A program made the position numbers and the translations under genes. Below the pieces are notes generated by a model. The model was not told the DNA's origin and searched no databases. It saw only the letters and a program-made list of their open reading frames with translations. Below are positions 9,989 through 20,171 of a stretch of 64,000 nt of DNA, one piece after another. The DNA is taken from NCBI GenBank assembly GCA_012103255.1, contig WLXD01000004.1, forward strand, positions 398,460 to 462,459, in the 5' to 3' direction. Source of the stretch: Acidobacteriota bacterium (lineage in GTDB: Bacteria > Acidobacteriota > UBA890 > WLXD01). Position 1 is the first letter of the stretch; every line of letters starts with the position of its first letter.

Positions 9989-11887
9989 CTACCAGACCCG
10001 CAAGTCGTCGATTTCGAACTCGAAGTCGCCGCTCTCGGTGCCCGAGAAGAGCACCCCCTGCAGACCAGCGGCGTCGAGCCCTGCGAAGTCCTCGAAGCGG
10101 AGCTCGACACGGGTCCACTCGTCAGACGTTCCCGCGTACTGCTGCGACGGCACCTGCCCGAGGCTCACCGCGAACATCATGATGGCAACGGGTTGGCCGT
10201 CACCACGCACCATGAACGAGATGCCGGAGTGCTCCGAGAGGTTGGCCGGCGCGAACTGGCTTACACCCGGGAAGAACATCGGCCCTGCCCACCGCGCGGG
10301 GCCGGTCCCCGCGATCGTGCCATCCACCCGCATCGCGCCAGCAGAGCCGTCGGCGCCCGCCTCGGCTACTGTCATAGCGGCGGTGGAGGAGCCACCGATC
10401 ATGTCGTCCGTGGAGAGCATCCAACCCGACCCGAACACGGAGTCGATGTTGCCGTTGTCGAAGTCCGCGATCAGGCCGTCATCAATCTGGAGGACGGGCG
10501 CTCCTTCGGCGACAACCGCAAGCTCGGCCCGGTAGCCTTCGCGATCGGCTTCCACGCCGGCCTTCCAAACACCCACAATGTCGCGACTTGCAAGAACATC
10601 TTCGTCTGGGTGTCCGGTCACGAGAACCAGGTCGGCGCGGAGCCCGACGGCAACCCGTCCGCGATCATCCAGACCGAACTTCGTCGCCGGCGTCGAGGTG
10701 GCCGCCGCCAATGCCTCGCCTGGGGAAAGACCCGCCTCGACCAGGAGTTCGAGCTCGCGGTGCATGCTGGCGCCGTGAGCTGTCCCGGGGTTCGGCGCGT
10801 CCGTGCCCGCCAGAATCGTCACGCCTGCAGCATGCAGCCGTCCAATGCTGGCCAGGCCGTTCGTAATGACGTCCGCGTACTCCTCGCGCGATGGAAACGC
10901 GACTTCCAGAGTCTGCCGTTCGTTGGACGATATGTAGGGCGCCAGTCGCTCGTCCTCGAGAAGATCGCGACCGCCTGAACCGCCGGACACGCTCTCGAGC
11001 ACGGCGAGTGTCGGCACAACGAACGCGCCGCTCGTCGCAATAGCCTCGACCGCCGCGTCGCTCGCGGGCTGGTCGTAGAACACGTGCACGATGCCATCAG
11101 CCCCAGCTTCGATCACGGCCAGAGCATCGGCCTCGCGCCCAACATGGACGACCGCAAGAAGGTCGCGTGCGTGCGCCGCCTCGATGAGCGCCTCGACGGT
11201 CGGGAGATCGAGTGTGGCGAACTCGCGTGCGATCGATCCGTCGTCGTAGACGATCTTGATGTAGTCAGATCCTTCGTCGACCCGCGCCTGCACCCAGTCA
11301 TCGGCCTCTTCGGGCGTTGTCAGCGTGGGGATCTCCATGCCGTATTCAGTGCCGTGGCCACCTGGCGCGGTGGCGAGCACACCAGCGGAGAACAGGTCCG
11401 CCCGGCCATTCGCATCGCCGCGGGCCTGCTCAGCCCGCAGAATACGAGCCCCGTTGGGCTCCGTGAACATGTCGAGTTCGGCCGTCACGCCCATCATGAG
11501 CGCCGCACGCAGGACCGGACCGAACGCGTGGGTGTGCGCATCAATGAGTCCAGGCACCAGAGTGCGGCCAGTCCCTTCGATCACGGTCGCGCCCACGGGC
11601 ACTTCGGCGTCGGGCTCCATGGCGACGATGATTCCGTCCTGCACCACCACGTCGGTGCTATCGACGACGGAGACGCCGTCGAAGACCCGGACGGCACGAA
11701 ACACTGTCGCGGTGGGATCACCCTCGGTCGCTGCGGGAACCGCGTGGGCCTCGCTTGAGAGCCAGGCTCGGCCGCCGGTCCCGCGTAGCACGTCGGCCAC
11801 GCCCAGGGCGGTAGCGATGGCCAGGACGGCCAGGCCCAGATTCCGAAGTGTTCGGCTACCGAACGTAGAAGACGCTGCTTTGCTCAT
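9989..11887 (-). CDS. Secreted amidohydrolase with C-terminal CIA30/CBM11-like domain
   Basis: PGLIDAHTH, GTDAPN, GRVAVGLRADLVL. C-terminal DFDNG..WMLSTDDMIGGSS...FEIDDLR. N-terminal hydrophobic segment. Confidence 0.88.
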   Translation of the reverse strand: MSKAASSTFGSRTLRNLGLAVLAIATALGVADVLRGTGGRAWLSSEAHAVPAATEGDPTATVFRAVRVFDGVSVVDSTDVVVQDGIIVAMEPDAEVPVGATVIEGTGRTLVPGLIDAHTHAFGPVLRAALMMGVTAELDMFTEPNGARILRAEQARGDANGRADLFSAGVLATAPGGHGTEYGMEIPTLTTPEEADDWVQARVDEGSDYIKIVYDDGSIAREFATLDLPTVEALIEAAHARDLLAVVHVGREADALAVIEAGADGIVHVFYDQPASDAAVEAIATSGAFVVPTLAVLESVSGGSGGRDLLEDERLAPYISSNERQTLEVAFPSREEYADVITNGLASIGRLHAAGVTILAGTDAPNPGTAHGASMHRELELLVEAGLSPGEALAAATSTPATKFGLDDRGRVAVGLRADLVLVTGHPDEDVLASRDIVGVWKAGVEADREGYRAELAVVAEGAPVLQIDDGLIADFDNGNIDSVFGSGWMLSTDDMIGGSSTAAMTVAEAGADGSAGAMRVDGTIAGTGPARWAGPMFFPGVSQFAPANLSEHSGISFMVRGDGQPVAIMMFAVSLGQVPSQQYAGTSDEWTRVELRFEDFAGLDAAGLQGVLFSGTESGDFEFEIDDLRVW

Positions 11888-11911
11888 CTCGTGAACCTCA
11901 GAGGATGGAGG

Positions 11912-11960
11912 ATGCGCCCGGGCGGGAACGAGTTGCTCCGGGCGTCCCGCCCAGGCGCAT
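11912..11960 (-). other. Strong 16-bp stem-loop between tpx and the amidohydrolase gene
   Basis: ATGCGCCCGGGCGGGA (11912-11927) pairs with TCCCGCCCAGGCGCAT (11945-11960). The single mismatch becomes a G-U pair in the minus-strand RNA. Confidence 0.55.
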
Positions 11961-12079
11961 ATCTGACGTGCCGCGGATTATCCGCGGCTCCTTCCAAGAC
12001 CGCTATGGCTCACAAGTTGACCGGCCCGTGGTGCCACTTAGCGGCACCGCCGGTCGTGCGAATGGTGTGCATCGATGAC

Positions 12080-12571
12080 CTACAGCGCTGCGACCGCCGC
12101 GTCGTAGTCGGGCTCCTGAACGATCTCGGGCACCTGCTCGCTGTACGCAACGTTGCCATCGGCTCCGACCACCACCACGGCGCGGGACATCAGACCCGCC
12201 ATCGGTCCGTCCACGATACGAACCCCGTAGTCGTCAGCGAAGCTGCTCCGGAAGCCGGAGAGAGTCTCGACGTTCTCGATGCCCTCGGCGCCACAGAACC
12301 GGCCCTGCGCGAACGGCAGGTCAGCGCTGACGCACAGCACCGTCAGGCCCCGCTCCGACGCGATCTCGTTGAATCGGCGCACGCTTGCGGCGCAGATCCC
12401 GGTGTCGACGCTCGGGAAGATGTTGAGGACCACCGACTTGCCTGCGTAGTCAGCCAGCGAGCGGTCGCCGAGGTCGCCACCGGTGAGGGAGAAGGCAGGG
12501 GCCGGCGAACCGACGGCAGGAAGATCGCCGACGGTGTTGATGGCGTTTCCCTTGAGTGTGATCTGAGCCAT
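12080..12571 (-). CDS. tpx: Thiol peroxidase (atypical 2-Cys peroxiredoxin)
   Basis: MAQITLKGN start, NIFPSVDTGICA, SADLPFAQGRFCGAEG, EPDYDAA. Confidence 0.95.
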   Translation of the reverse strand: MAQITLKGNAINTVGDLPAVGSPAPAFSLTGGDLGDRSLADYAGKSVVLNIFPSVDTGICAASVRRFNEIASERGLTVLCVSADLPFAQGRFCGAEGIENVETLSGFRSSFADDYGVRIVDGPMAGLMSRAVVVVGADGNVAYSEQVPEIVQEPDYDAAVAAL

Positions 12572-12689
12572 TGGATGCGCTCCAAGAAGTGCGGGTTGTC
12601 GTGTATCGAATCTCGAACAGGGGCTGCGAACTTGCTGTGTTTTGTACACCGGGTCGTCCGATGGTGTCGGCCATCGACGCGTAGCAATT

Positions 12690-13448
12690 TCAGGTGCGCA
12701 AGTACGAGGCACCATTCGCGTCAATGACGCATCCGGTGAGGTACTCAATCCCGTCGCTCGCCAGAAACGCGACCGCCCGGGCGATCTCGTCGGGCTGCGC
12801 GGCTCGAGCGAGCGGACTCTGATTGCGGATCGCCTCCCCGCCGGGCCCTTCGAGCAGTTCCGCTGCCATGTCGGTTTCGACGAACCCTGGCGCGACCACG
12901 CCGACGAAGACACCGTGCGGCGCAAGGGCCTGGGCCAGCGACTGGCTCAACGAATTCAGTCCTGCCTTGCTAGCTCCGTAGGCGGGCGCGACCGGCTCTC
13001 CGCGGAACGCGCCGCGCGACGAAACGTTCACGATCCGTCCGCCGCCCGAAGCCGCCATGTGGCGCGCGACGCAGAACATCAAATTGGCCGGGCCGACCAG
13101 ATTCGTCTCGAGCGTGCGCTTCCACTCCGATTGCCAGTCGGCATAGTCCATCTCGAGGACATGATGTAGCTCGTAGACGCCAGCGTTGTTCACCAGTACG
13201 TCGAGCCCACCATGAGCGGCGACCACGTCCGCGGCCAGCCGCTCGCAGTCCTCTGGCGAGGACACGTCGGCCTGGTGCAGGGTGTGCCCAGTGCCATCGA
13301 GCGCCTCCCGAGTCTCCTCTGCCGCCGTCACGTTGGAGTGATAGTGCACGGCAACGCGAGCTCCACCCGCCGCGAATCGAGCCGCAATAGCTCGGCCAAT
13401 GCCACGGGAGGCCCCGGTCACAAGGACCGTCCGATCACTGAAGTCCAT
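12690..13448 (-). CDS. SDR family oxidoreductase
   Basis: [28 protein letters not shown] at 13448. Confidence 0.92.
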   Translation of the reverse strand: MDFSDRTVLVTGASRGIGRAIAARFAAGGARVAVHYHSNVTAAEETREALDGTGHTLHQADVSSPEDCERLAADVVAAHGGLDVLVNNAGVYELHHVLEMDYADWQSEWKRTLETNLVGPANLMFCVARHMAASGGGRIVNVSSRGAFRGEPVAPAYGASKAGLNSLSQSLAQALAPHGVFVGVVAPGFVETDMAAELLEGPGGEAIRNQSPLARAAQPDEIARAVAFLASDGIEYLTGCVIDANGASYLRT

Positions 13449-13556
13449 CGCGTCCGTCTCCCTGCAACGTGCGAGAATGCGGCGACGGTTTGCGGTGCCG
13501 CCGGAACCAAATGCGTCTCGGCAGCGTATCCCAAGGACCGACAAGGAGTGAGGGAC

Positions 13557-13976
13557 ATGGCTGACAACAAGCTATTGGGCTGCTGGGGCTTCATCATGGG
13601 CTCCATCGTGGCCGTGATCGTTGGCTGGATGACGTTCGAGTTGCTGATCGGCATCCTGGCCGGATTGCGCACGGATGGATTCGCAGCTCTCGTTGACCCG
13701 TTGCTCCTGCACGAAGCCGGCGAGCTGCTCATCATTGGCTATGCCTGCCTCGCGATCTACGTCTGGGTGTTCCGTGGGCCTAGCATCGAGGGGTTTGCGA
13801 ACACCACCCGACCGGTCTTTTGGACCGGAGCGGCTCTCAACGCGGCGTCGCTGGTCGGCATGTGGGGATCGCGCTGGTCGACCTGGACCCTCGTGCTCAT
13901 CGCCTTGGGATTCTTGATTCCGATGGTGCTGCCCAAGATGGCGCCGGAACCGCTTCCGCCCGAGCCGCCCGGCTAG
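13557..13976 (+). CDS. Hypothetical 4-TM membrane protein
   Basis: ATG after AAGGAG/GAGGG; four hydrophobic segments; Pro-rich tail. Confidence 0.7.
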   Translation: MADNKLLGCWGFIMGSIVAVIVGWMTFELLIGILAGLRTDGFAALVDPLLLHEAGELLIIGYACLAIYVWVFRGPSIEGFANTTRPVFWTGAALNAASLVGMWGSRWSTWTLVLIALGFLIPMVLPKMAPEPLPPEPPG

Positions 13977-14000
13977 AAACACAGCGGCCGGCATGCAGGC

Positions 14001-17000
14001 GTGGCACGGCGTACACTCGCGCCAACCAGCCACCAAGCCGAGCACTTGACGTTGCCGAGACTTCTTCCGGGTCGCCCCACAATGGATTGCGCCGCCGCGA
14101 CAGACGTCGCGCGTGATCTGTTTGGCATCGACGGCACGGTCACGCAGCTCGCGAGTGAGCGCGACCTCAACTTCCGCGTCACGACCGGCGACGCCAGCTA
14201 CGCGCTGAAGGTCGCCAACAGTGGCGAGACGGCCGGGTGCCTCGACTTTCAAACGGCACTTCTCGAGCATCTCGCCGGAATTGAGTACGCCGTACCTACG
14301 GTCATCCACGCGTTGGACGGCCGGGCAATCGTGGAAACCGAGACAGCCTCCGGCACGCACCTCGTCCGACTCCTGGGTTGGGTTCCTGGTTCCCCGATGG
14401 CGCAGATGCGACCCGTGGACGGCGAGCATCGGCGCCAGCTCGGACACCTCGCCGGCTGCCTCAGCGAGGCGCTTGCGTCGTTCGAGCATCCGGCGGCTCA
14501 CAGAGAGCTCAAGTGGGATCTCTGCAACGCGGCAGAGACGATCACCGCGAACCTGGAGCTCATCGAGAACGCCGCGCAGCGGGATCTGCTCAAACGCCTC
14601 CTCGATCGCTACACCCGCTGGACAGCGCCACGGCTCGCCGACCTGCGGCGCGGCGTGATCTACAACGACCTCAACGATCACAACGTCCTGGTATCGGGCT
14701 TCGAGGAAACCAGCATCGGCCCGCGTTGCGGCTTGGCTGGGATTATCGACGTAGGCGACGCGCTCGAAGGCTGGGTCGTAACTGACCTGGCGGTCGCGGT
14801 CTCGTACGCGCTGCTCAACCGCGCCAACCATCTGGCGGTGCTGCGCGAGGTGACCGGCGGCTATCACAGCCGATTCGCGCTGCAGGAGTGCGAAGCGGAA
14901 GTCGTACTTGAACTGGCGGTCCTGCGACTGATGCTGAGCGTTGCCAATTCAGCGGAGCAGGCGCGCGACGAGCCTGACAACAGCTACCTGCAGGTGAGCG
15001 AGGCTCCTGCGTGGGATGCGCTGGCGCGCCTCGAACATATCCATCCGGACCTGGGTGCTGCGCACGCTCGCTCAGCCTGCAACATGGAACCCTGCCCGGC
15101 TGGGGGACTACTGCGCAGATGGCTTGCTGCCGAACCGTGCCCGTTTGCGCCTATCGTCGACGAGGATCTGGCCAACGACAGCGTGCACGTATTTGACCTT
15201 GGTGTCGGCAGCGGCGAAATGGGAGCCGGGGCTCCTGGGGATTTCGAAACCGAGGCGCTGAGCGACCTCCTGTTCGGGCACATGCACGACCGCAATGCTC
15301 GGTTCGGGCTGGGTCGCTGGGACGAAGTGCGCTCGTGGTACGGCGGCGAGCTGTTCGCGGCACCGAGCAACGAGGCGCCTCGACGCCGCACCGTGCATGT
15401 CGGCATCGACGTGTTTGCCGACGCGGGCACCCCGCTCTACGCGCCTCTCGCGGGGACCGTGGTCAGTGCGCATGTCAATGAAGGTCGGCTCGACTACGGC
15501 CCCACGCTGATCCTCGAACACCAGCCCACGCCTGAGGTGAAGTTCTGGTCTCTCTTTGGCCATCTGACCGAGAAGTCGATCAGCGACTCGCCGGTGGGAA
15601 CGAAGGTAGCGGCCGGCGACCGGATCGCGGCGATCGGCGACTATCCGATCAATGGTGACTGGCCGCCCCATCTGCACTTCCAGCTCATCGCCGACCGTCT
15701 CGACTACGCGCACGACTATCCGGGGGTCTGCGATCCTGAGGAGCGGGCCGTGTGGACCAGTCTGAGTCCTGATCCTGGCCGAGTGCTGGGTCTCGGCACG
15801 GCACAGATGGCGCCGGTAGGCCCGGACCCGGACGCTGTCACCGCTGCGCGGGGGCGACACATCGGACGGTCGCTCAGTGTTTCCTACCGGCGACCGCTCA
15901 CGATCCTGCGCGGGTTCCGTCAGTACCTGTACGACGTCGACGGCCAGCCGTTCCTCGACGCTGTCAACAACGTCCCTCACGTTGGGCATCAACATCCGCA
16001 CGTCGTTGCCGCCGCGGCAGCCCAGAATGCGGTACTCAACACCAACACGCGATACCTGCACCACAACATCACGCGCTACGCCGAGCGTCTCGTGGCGACG
16101 CTTCCGGATCCGCTGAACGTTTGCTACTTCGTCTGCTCCGGGAGCGAGGCCAATGAACTCGCGCTCCGGATCGCTCGCACGGCCACGGGGAGGCGGGATG
16201 TCGTCGCCCTCGACGGGGCCTACCACGGCAACACGTCCACACTCATCGACATCAGTCCGTACAAGCACGATGGTCCCGGCGGCGCCGGCGCCCCGGACTG
16301 GGTGCATATCGCCAAGATCCCAGACCCCTACCGCGGCGAATTTGCGGGTGAGGAGAACGCGGCGCAGCAATATGCCGATGACGTTCGCCGATGCATGGTG
16401 GCCGCGGAGACAAATGGCGGGGCCGCCGCGTTCATCGCCGAACCCTTGCTTGGCTGCGGAGGCCAGATCGTGCCGCCCGCTGGCTACCTTCCCGCGGCCT
16501 TCGATCACGTGCGGGCAGCGGGCGGCATCTGCATCGCCGACGAGGTCCAGGTCGGATTCGGTCGCGCGGGATCGCACTTCTGGGCGTTCCAGACCCAGGA
16601 CGTGGTGCCCGATATCGTTACCCTGGGGAAGCCCATCGGCAACGGCTTCCCCCTCGCCGCGGTTGTCACCACGGCCGAACTCGCCCAAGCGTTCGACAAT
16701 GGTATGGAGTACTTCAACACGTTCGGTGGCAACCCGGTGTCGTGCGCTGTGGGTGCCGCCGTGTTGGACGTGATCGAGACCGAAGGACTGCAGGCCAACG
16801 CCCACGCTGTGGGACGCCAGCTACTCAATGAGCTTGGCGAGATCGCCGGGCGCCACCGTATCGTGGGCCACGTACGCGGCTTGGGTCTGTACCTCGGGGC
16901 CGAACTGGTGCGAGACCCCGATACCCGCGCACCCGCGGCCGACGCAGCGAGCTATGTCGTGAACCGGCTACGGGACCACGGGATTCTGATATCGACCGAT

Positions 17001-17123
17001 GGCCCCGACCACAACGTTCTCAAACTGAAACCACCGATGTGCTTCGGAGCCGCAGACGCGGACCGGTTCCTCGAGACGCTGGACGCCGTGCTCGCCGAAG
17101 ATTTCATCCACGTCACGAGCTGA
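14001..17123 (+). CDS. Trifunctional fusion: APH/hydroxylysine-kinase-like domain + M23 peptidase domain + class III PLP aminotransferase/phospho-lyase
   Basis: Kinase: SERDLNF, YALK, YNDLNDHN, IIDVGD. M23: HVGID and PPHLHF. Class III PLP domain: SGSEAN, AYHG, DEVQVGFGR, LGKPIGNG, FNTFGGNP. Start codon uncertain. Confidence 0.9.
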   Translation: MARRTLAPTSHQAEHLTLPRLLPGRPTMDCAAATDVARDLFGIDGTVTQLASERDLNFRVTTGDASYALKVANSGETAGCLDFQTALLEHLAGIEYAVPTVIHALDGRAIVETETASGTHLVRLLGWVPGSPMAQMRPVDGEHRRQLGHLAGCLSEALASFEHPAAHRELKWDLCNAAETITANLELIENAAQRDLLKRLLDRYTRWTAPRLADLRRGVIYNDLNDHNVLVSGFEETSIGPRCGLAGIIDVGDALEGWVVTDLAVAVSYALLNRANHLAVLREVTGGYHSRFALQECEAEVVLELAVLRLMLSVANSAEQARDEPDNSYLQVSEAPAWDALARLEHIHPDLGAAHARSACNMEPCPAGGLLRRWLAAEPCPFAPIVDEDLANDSVHVFDLGVGSGEMGAGAPGDFETEALSDLLFGHMHDRNARFGLGRWDEVRSWYGGELFAAPSNEAPRRRTVHVGIDVFADAGTPLYAPLAGTVVSAHVNEGRLDYGPTLILEHQPTPEVKFWSLFGHLTEKSISDSPVGTKVAAGDRIAAIGDYPINGDWPPHLHFQLIADRLDYAHDYPGVCDPEERAVWTSLSPDPGRVLGLGTAQMAPVGPDPDAVTAARGRHIGRSLSVSYRRPLTILRGFRQYLYDVDGQPFLDAVNNVPHVGHQHPHVVAAAAAQNAVLNTNTRYLHHNITRYAERLVATLPDPLNVCYFVCSGSEANELALRIARTATGRRDVVALDGAYHGNTSTLIDISPYKHDGPGGAGAPDWVHIAKIPDPYRGEFAGEENAAQQYADDVRRCMVAAETNGGAAAFIAEPLLGCGGQIVPPAGYLPAAFDHVRAAGGICIADEVQVGFGRAGSHFWAFQTQDVVPDIVTLGKPIGNGFPLAAVVTTAELAQAFDNGMEYFNTFGGNPVSCAVGAAVLDVIETEGLQANAHAVGRQLLNELGEIAGRHRIVGHVRGLGLYLGAELVRDPDTRAPAADAASYVVNRLRDHGILISTDGPDHNVLKLKPPMCFGAADADRFLETLDAVLAEDFIHVTS

Positions 17124-17336
17124 TCTACTCGCTTCGATTCCCGCGATATTCGAGGCATCTTGCCTGTCGCAGACATTTGTCTGGTATGATCACCGGCGCG
17201 ACAACCAAAAAACATGCTCAGCCCTGGCGAAGCGGGCCGCCGCCAGACAAACTCTGCGGCCTCGCGTCGTCGCCTCGGCGCTCCCGATCTTGAAGACCCA
17301 CTCTCAATAACTCCCTCACCCCGTTCGGAGATTCAT

Positions 17337-18122
17337 ATGTCAAACCAAGGTCGCTTCACCTGGTATGAACTCATGTCGACCGACCCCGCGGCAGGCCTCG
17401 ACTTCTACGCCGGGCTCACCGGTTGGACACACCAGCCGTTCGCGGGCGGCGGCGAGGACGCACCTCCCTACCATGTGTGGATGAAGGGCGAGGAACCGAT
17501 GGCCGGCTGCATGCAGCTTCCGGAGGAGGCGCAGGCACAGGGAGCCCCGTCGCACTGGATGGGCTATATCCATTGCGATGATGTGGACGCTACCAAGGCC
17601 AAGGCCATCGAACTCGGCGCCACCGAACTGATGGCCATGGAGATGCCCGAGATTGGCAAGTTCGCGGTGATGATGGACCCGAGCCAGGCCACGATCTGCT
17701 TCTTCCAGCCGGCAAACGAGCCCGGCCCGGAGCAGCCCAAAGCCGCCGGTCGCTTCACCTGGCACGAGCTCTATACCGACGACTACCAGAAGACGTTCGA
17801 CTTCTACTCCGAGCTCTTCGGGTGGGAAGTCATGGACGACATGGACATGGGCGAAGCGGGCGTCTACCGCATCTTCGGACGCAACGGCGAACAGATGGGC
17901 GGCATGATGAACCGCCCCGAGCAGATGCCGATGAACTGCTCGGGCTACTACATCTCGGTGGCCAGTGTTGATGACGCCGCCAGTGCGATCACCGAGGCTG
18001 GCGGCACGGTTACCGTTCCGCCAATGGATGTGCCCGGGGGCGACCGCATTTTGATGGGCATGGACCCACAGGGTGGCGCGTTCGCGCTGCACTCGATCGG
18101 TCAGGCGAGCGCCGACGCTTAG
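17337..18122 (+). CDS. Two-domain VOC family protein (CFP32/COG3324-like)
   Basis: Duplicated GRFTWYEL/GRFTWHEL, FY..LFGW, DPQGGAF. ATG after GGAG. Confidence 0.9.
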   Translation: MSNQGRFTWYELMSTDPAAGLDFYAGLTGWTHQPFAGGGEDAPPYHVWMKGEEPMAGCMQLPEEAQAQGAPSHWMGYIHCDDVDATKAKAIELGATELMAMEMPEIGKFAVMMDPSQATICFFQPANEPGPEQPKAAGRFTWHELYTDDYQKTFDFYSELFGWEVMDDMDMGEAGVYRIFGRNGEQMGGMMNRPEQMPMNCSGYYISVASVDDAASAITEAGGTVTVPPMDVPGGDRILMGMDPQGGAFALHSIGQASADA

Positions 18123-18144
18123 AACCGGCCAACTCAGATGAACG

Positions 18145-18168
18145 GGGCGGGTCCACACGGGCCCGCCC
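18145..18168. terminator. Hairpin, probable intrinsic terminator between convergent genes
   Basis: GGGCGGGTCC-ACAC-GGGCCCGCCC just after the stop at 18122. Confidence 0.55.
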
Positions 18169-18194
18169 TTCGTCTGTCCGCCGCCGCTAGCTGC

Positions 18195-18494
18195 CTACTT
18201 TTCGCCGCTCTGTCCAGCCGCGCGACGGAGCATCAGCCAGCATCCGATTAGCACAGCGCTCGCGAACAAGCCCATCCCGCCGCCGTATATCGCGCCGCGC
18301 CAGAAAGCGTTGGTGGGATCTACCGAAGTCGCCATGGCGCTGCCAGCGGACGCGAGCCAGGCACCCGCGGCGCCAACGACCACGGTGCCGCCAGCGAGGT
18401 AGTGCCACCACTCCCGCGCGCCGATCAGTCGGGCGGCTCCCATACCAATGGCGGCGAGAAGGGTGACCACCGATCCAGCAATCAAAGCGGTCAT
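18195..18494 (-). CDS. Small hypothetical membrane protein (3 TM)
   Basis: ATGA overlap with the stop of the nucleotidase; three hydrophobic segments. Confidence 0.65.
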   Translation of the reverse strand: MTALIAGSVVTLLAAIGMGAARLIGAREWWHYLAGGTVVVGAAGAWLASAGSAMATSVDPTNAFWRGAIYGGGMGLFASAVLIGCWLMLRRAAGQSGEK

Positions 18495-20137
18495 TGCGGT
18501 TTCTCCTGACGATTGAGGCGGCCGCGTTGGGGCAGCGCGATGCGACCAGTATGCCGCCCGAGGCACTCGAACACCGCATCGGCAAGACTCAATTCAATCT
18601 CGTCGACCCACTCCAGGTCATCGAACGTCGTGTACAGGTCACCGCCTTCCGCGACGAACGAGTTTGTTGCCACGCGGTATCTCCGCTCCGATGCGACTGG
18701 GGCGTCGCCAACCGTGACTGCGATGAGCCGATCGCCAACCGGAGCCGACGGGTCATAGTCGACGGTGAGGCCGGATACCTGGATCATGCCCCGCTCGAGA
18801 CCAACGCCCTGCTCCAGAACCTCGAGCAGTTGAGTTCCGGTCATCTCAACGACGACGACGTGGTTGAGGAAGGGGAGCGCGTCGCGGACGTGGCCCTCAG
18901 CGACCGGCCCAGATGGAAGGTCAGCGCGTAGGCCGCCAGCGTTTGTGAGACCCACCTCTGCGTCGCCTATCTCCCTGATCACGTCGGCCACGAAGTTCCC
19001 GAGGTCCGACTCGACGTTGTACTTCCGAGTCAACCTGGCGGTGAAGTCGCCAACGGGTCTCGCGATCTCGGCCGCGTATTCCGCCGAGTATGCATCCATC
19101 TTCAGCTGCATGATCGCGTCCGGCTCGTAGTCCGCGGTCCACGGCGTCACCAGGCCGCCCTCGTGTTCGAGTACACGTCCGCCTGCCGTGTCCACCTTCA
19201 ATCGGAGCATCGCGAGCCTGGTTCCGTGACCGAACGTCTGTACGATGATCGTGCCCGTATCGGGGTTCACGTAGGGCGGATCGATGCCACGATGCGCGTG
19301 TCCGCCGAAGAAGACATCGATTCCGGGCACGGCCGACGTGAGCGCAATATCTTCTTCGAAATCGCGCCACACACTCGGATCGTTCTCCTGGTCCGACTGC
19401 ATGGGGCCGGTCTTCCCCTGATGAGCCAGCACGACGACGATATCGACGTCGTCGCGTAGCTCCTCGACCGATTCGCGCACGCATTCGACAGGGTCGCGGA
19501 ACTCCAGATCTGCGACGAGCGACGGCACCACCACGCTGATCGCGTCACGACCGATGACGCCGATCACTCCGAGCCGGACGCCAGATCGTTCGAGCACGGC
19601 GTGCGGCTGCATGTAGAGAATGTCGGTGCCGCGATAGTAGGTATTGCAGGAGAGCACCGGGAACGGCACGCGATTGGCCTGCTTGAGGAAGTTGGCGGCG
19701 CCATAGTCGAACTCATGGTTCCCCATGCCCATCGCGTCGTAGCCCATAGTGATCATCATCTCCATGAGAATCTCGCCGTAGGTGAGGCGCGACAGAAGGC
19801 CGGTGAACATGTCGCCGGAGTCGAAAAGGAACACGGGATTGCCGCGCGCGCCTTCCCGCTCCCGGATCTCGTCGACCATCGTCTTGATGTGGGCGGCCCC
19901 GCCCATGAGCGGACTTCCCTCGAGCCAAAAGGCAGGTAGCGGTTCGATGGCGCTCTCGAAGTCATTCGTGCCGATCAGCACGACTTCGCGCACTTCCGGT
20001 TCCTGGGCCTCGGCCCAGTGCCCGCCCACCGCAGCCAGTGCGAGCAGGAGAGAAATAGCCACTACGTACGCAAACGAACGCGTCGACCGTTCGTTGATAC
20101 AGGCAGACAGCTTGTTTCCAGAGTTCTTCACGTGCAT
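18491..20137 (-). CDS. Secreted bifunctional metallophosphatase/5'-nucleotidase
   Basis: GTNDFE, DSGD, GNHEFD, GGHAH, NAGGLRA, LPFLN, QVSG motifs. Start is either 20137 (ATG) or 20062 (GTG). Confidence 0.9.
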   Translation of the reverse strand: MHVKNSGNKLSACINERSTRSFAYVVAISLLLALAAVGGHWAEAQEPEVREVVLIGTNDFESAIEPLPAFWLEGSPLMGGAAHIKTMVDEIREREGARGNPVFLFDSGDMFTGLLSRLTYGEILMEMMITMGYDAMGMGNHEFDYGAANFLKQANRVPFPVLSCNTYYRGTDILYMQPHAVLERSGVRLGVIGVIGRDAISVVVPSLVADLEFRDPVECVRESVEELRDDVDIVVVLAHQGKTGPMQSDQENDPSVWRDFEEDIALTSAVPGIDVFFGGHAHRGIDPPYVNPDTGTIIVQTFGHGTRLAMLRLKVDTAGGRVLEHEGGLVTPWTADYEPDAIMQLKMDAYSAEYAAEIARPVGDFTARLTRKYNVESDLGNFVADVIREIGDAEVGLTNAGGLRADLPSGPVAEGHVRDALPFLNHVVVVEMTGTQLLEVLEQGVGLERGMIQVSGLTVDYDPSAPVGDRLIAVTVGDAPVASERRYRVATNSFVAEGGDLYTTFDDLEWVDEIELSLADAVFECLGRHTGRIALPQRGRLNRQEKPQ

Positions 20138-20165
20138 ATTAATAAAATTGTTATCTAAATAACCG
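20137..20165. promoter_or_regulatory. AT-rich divergent promoter/operator with inverted repeat GTTAT-N4-ATAAC upstream of padR
   Basis: TATTAATAAAATTGTTATCTAAATAAC stands out in GC-rich DNA; the inverted repeat spans 20150-20163. Confidence 0.5.
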
Positions 20166-20171
20166 ACCTCG

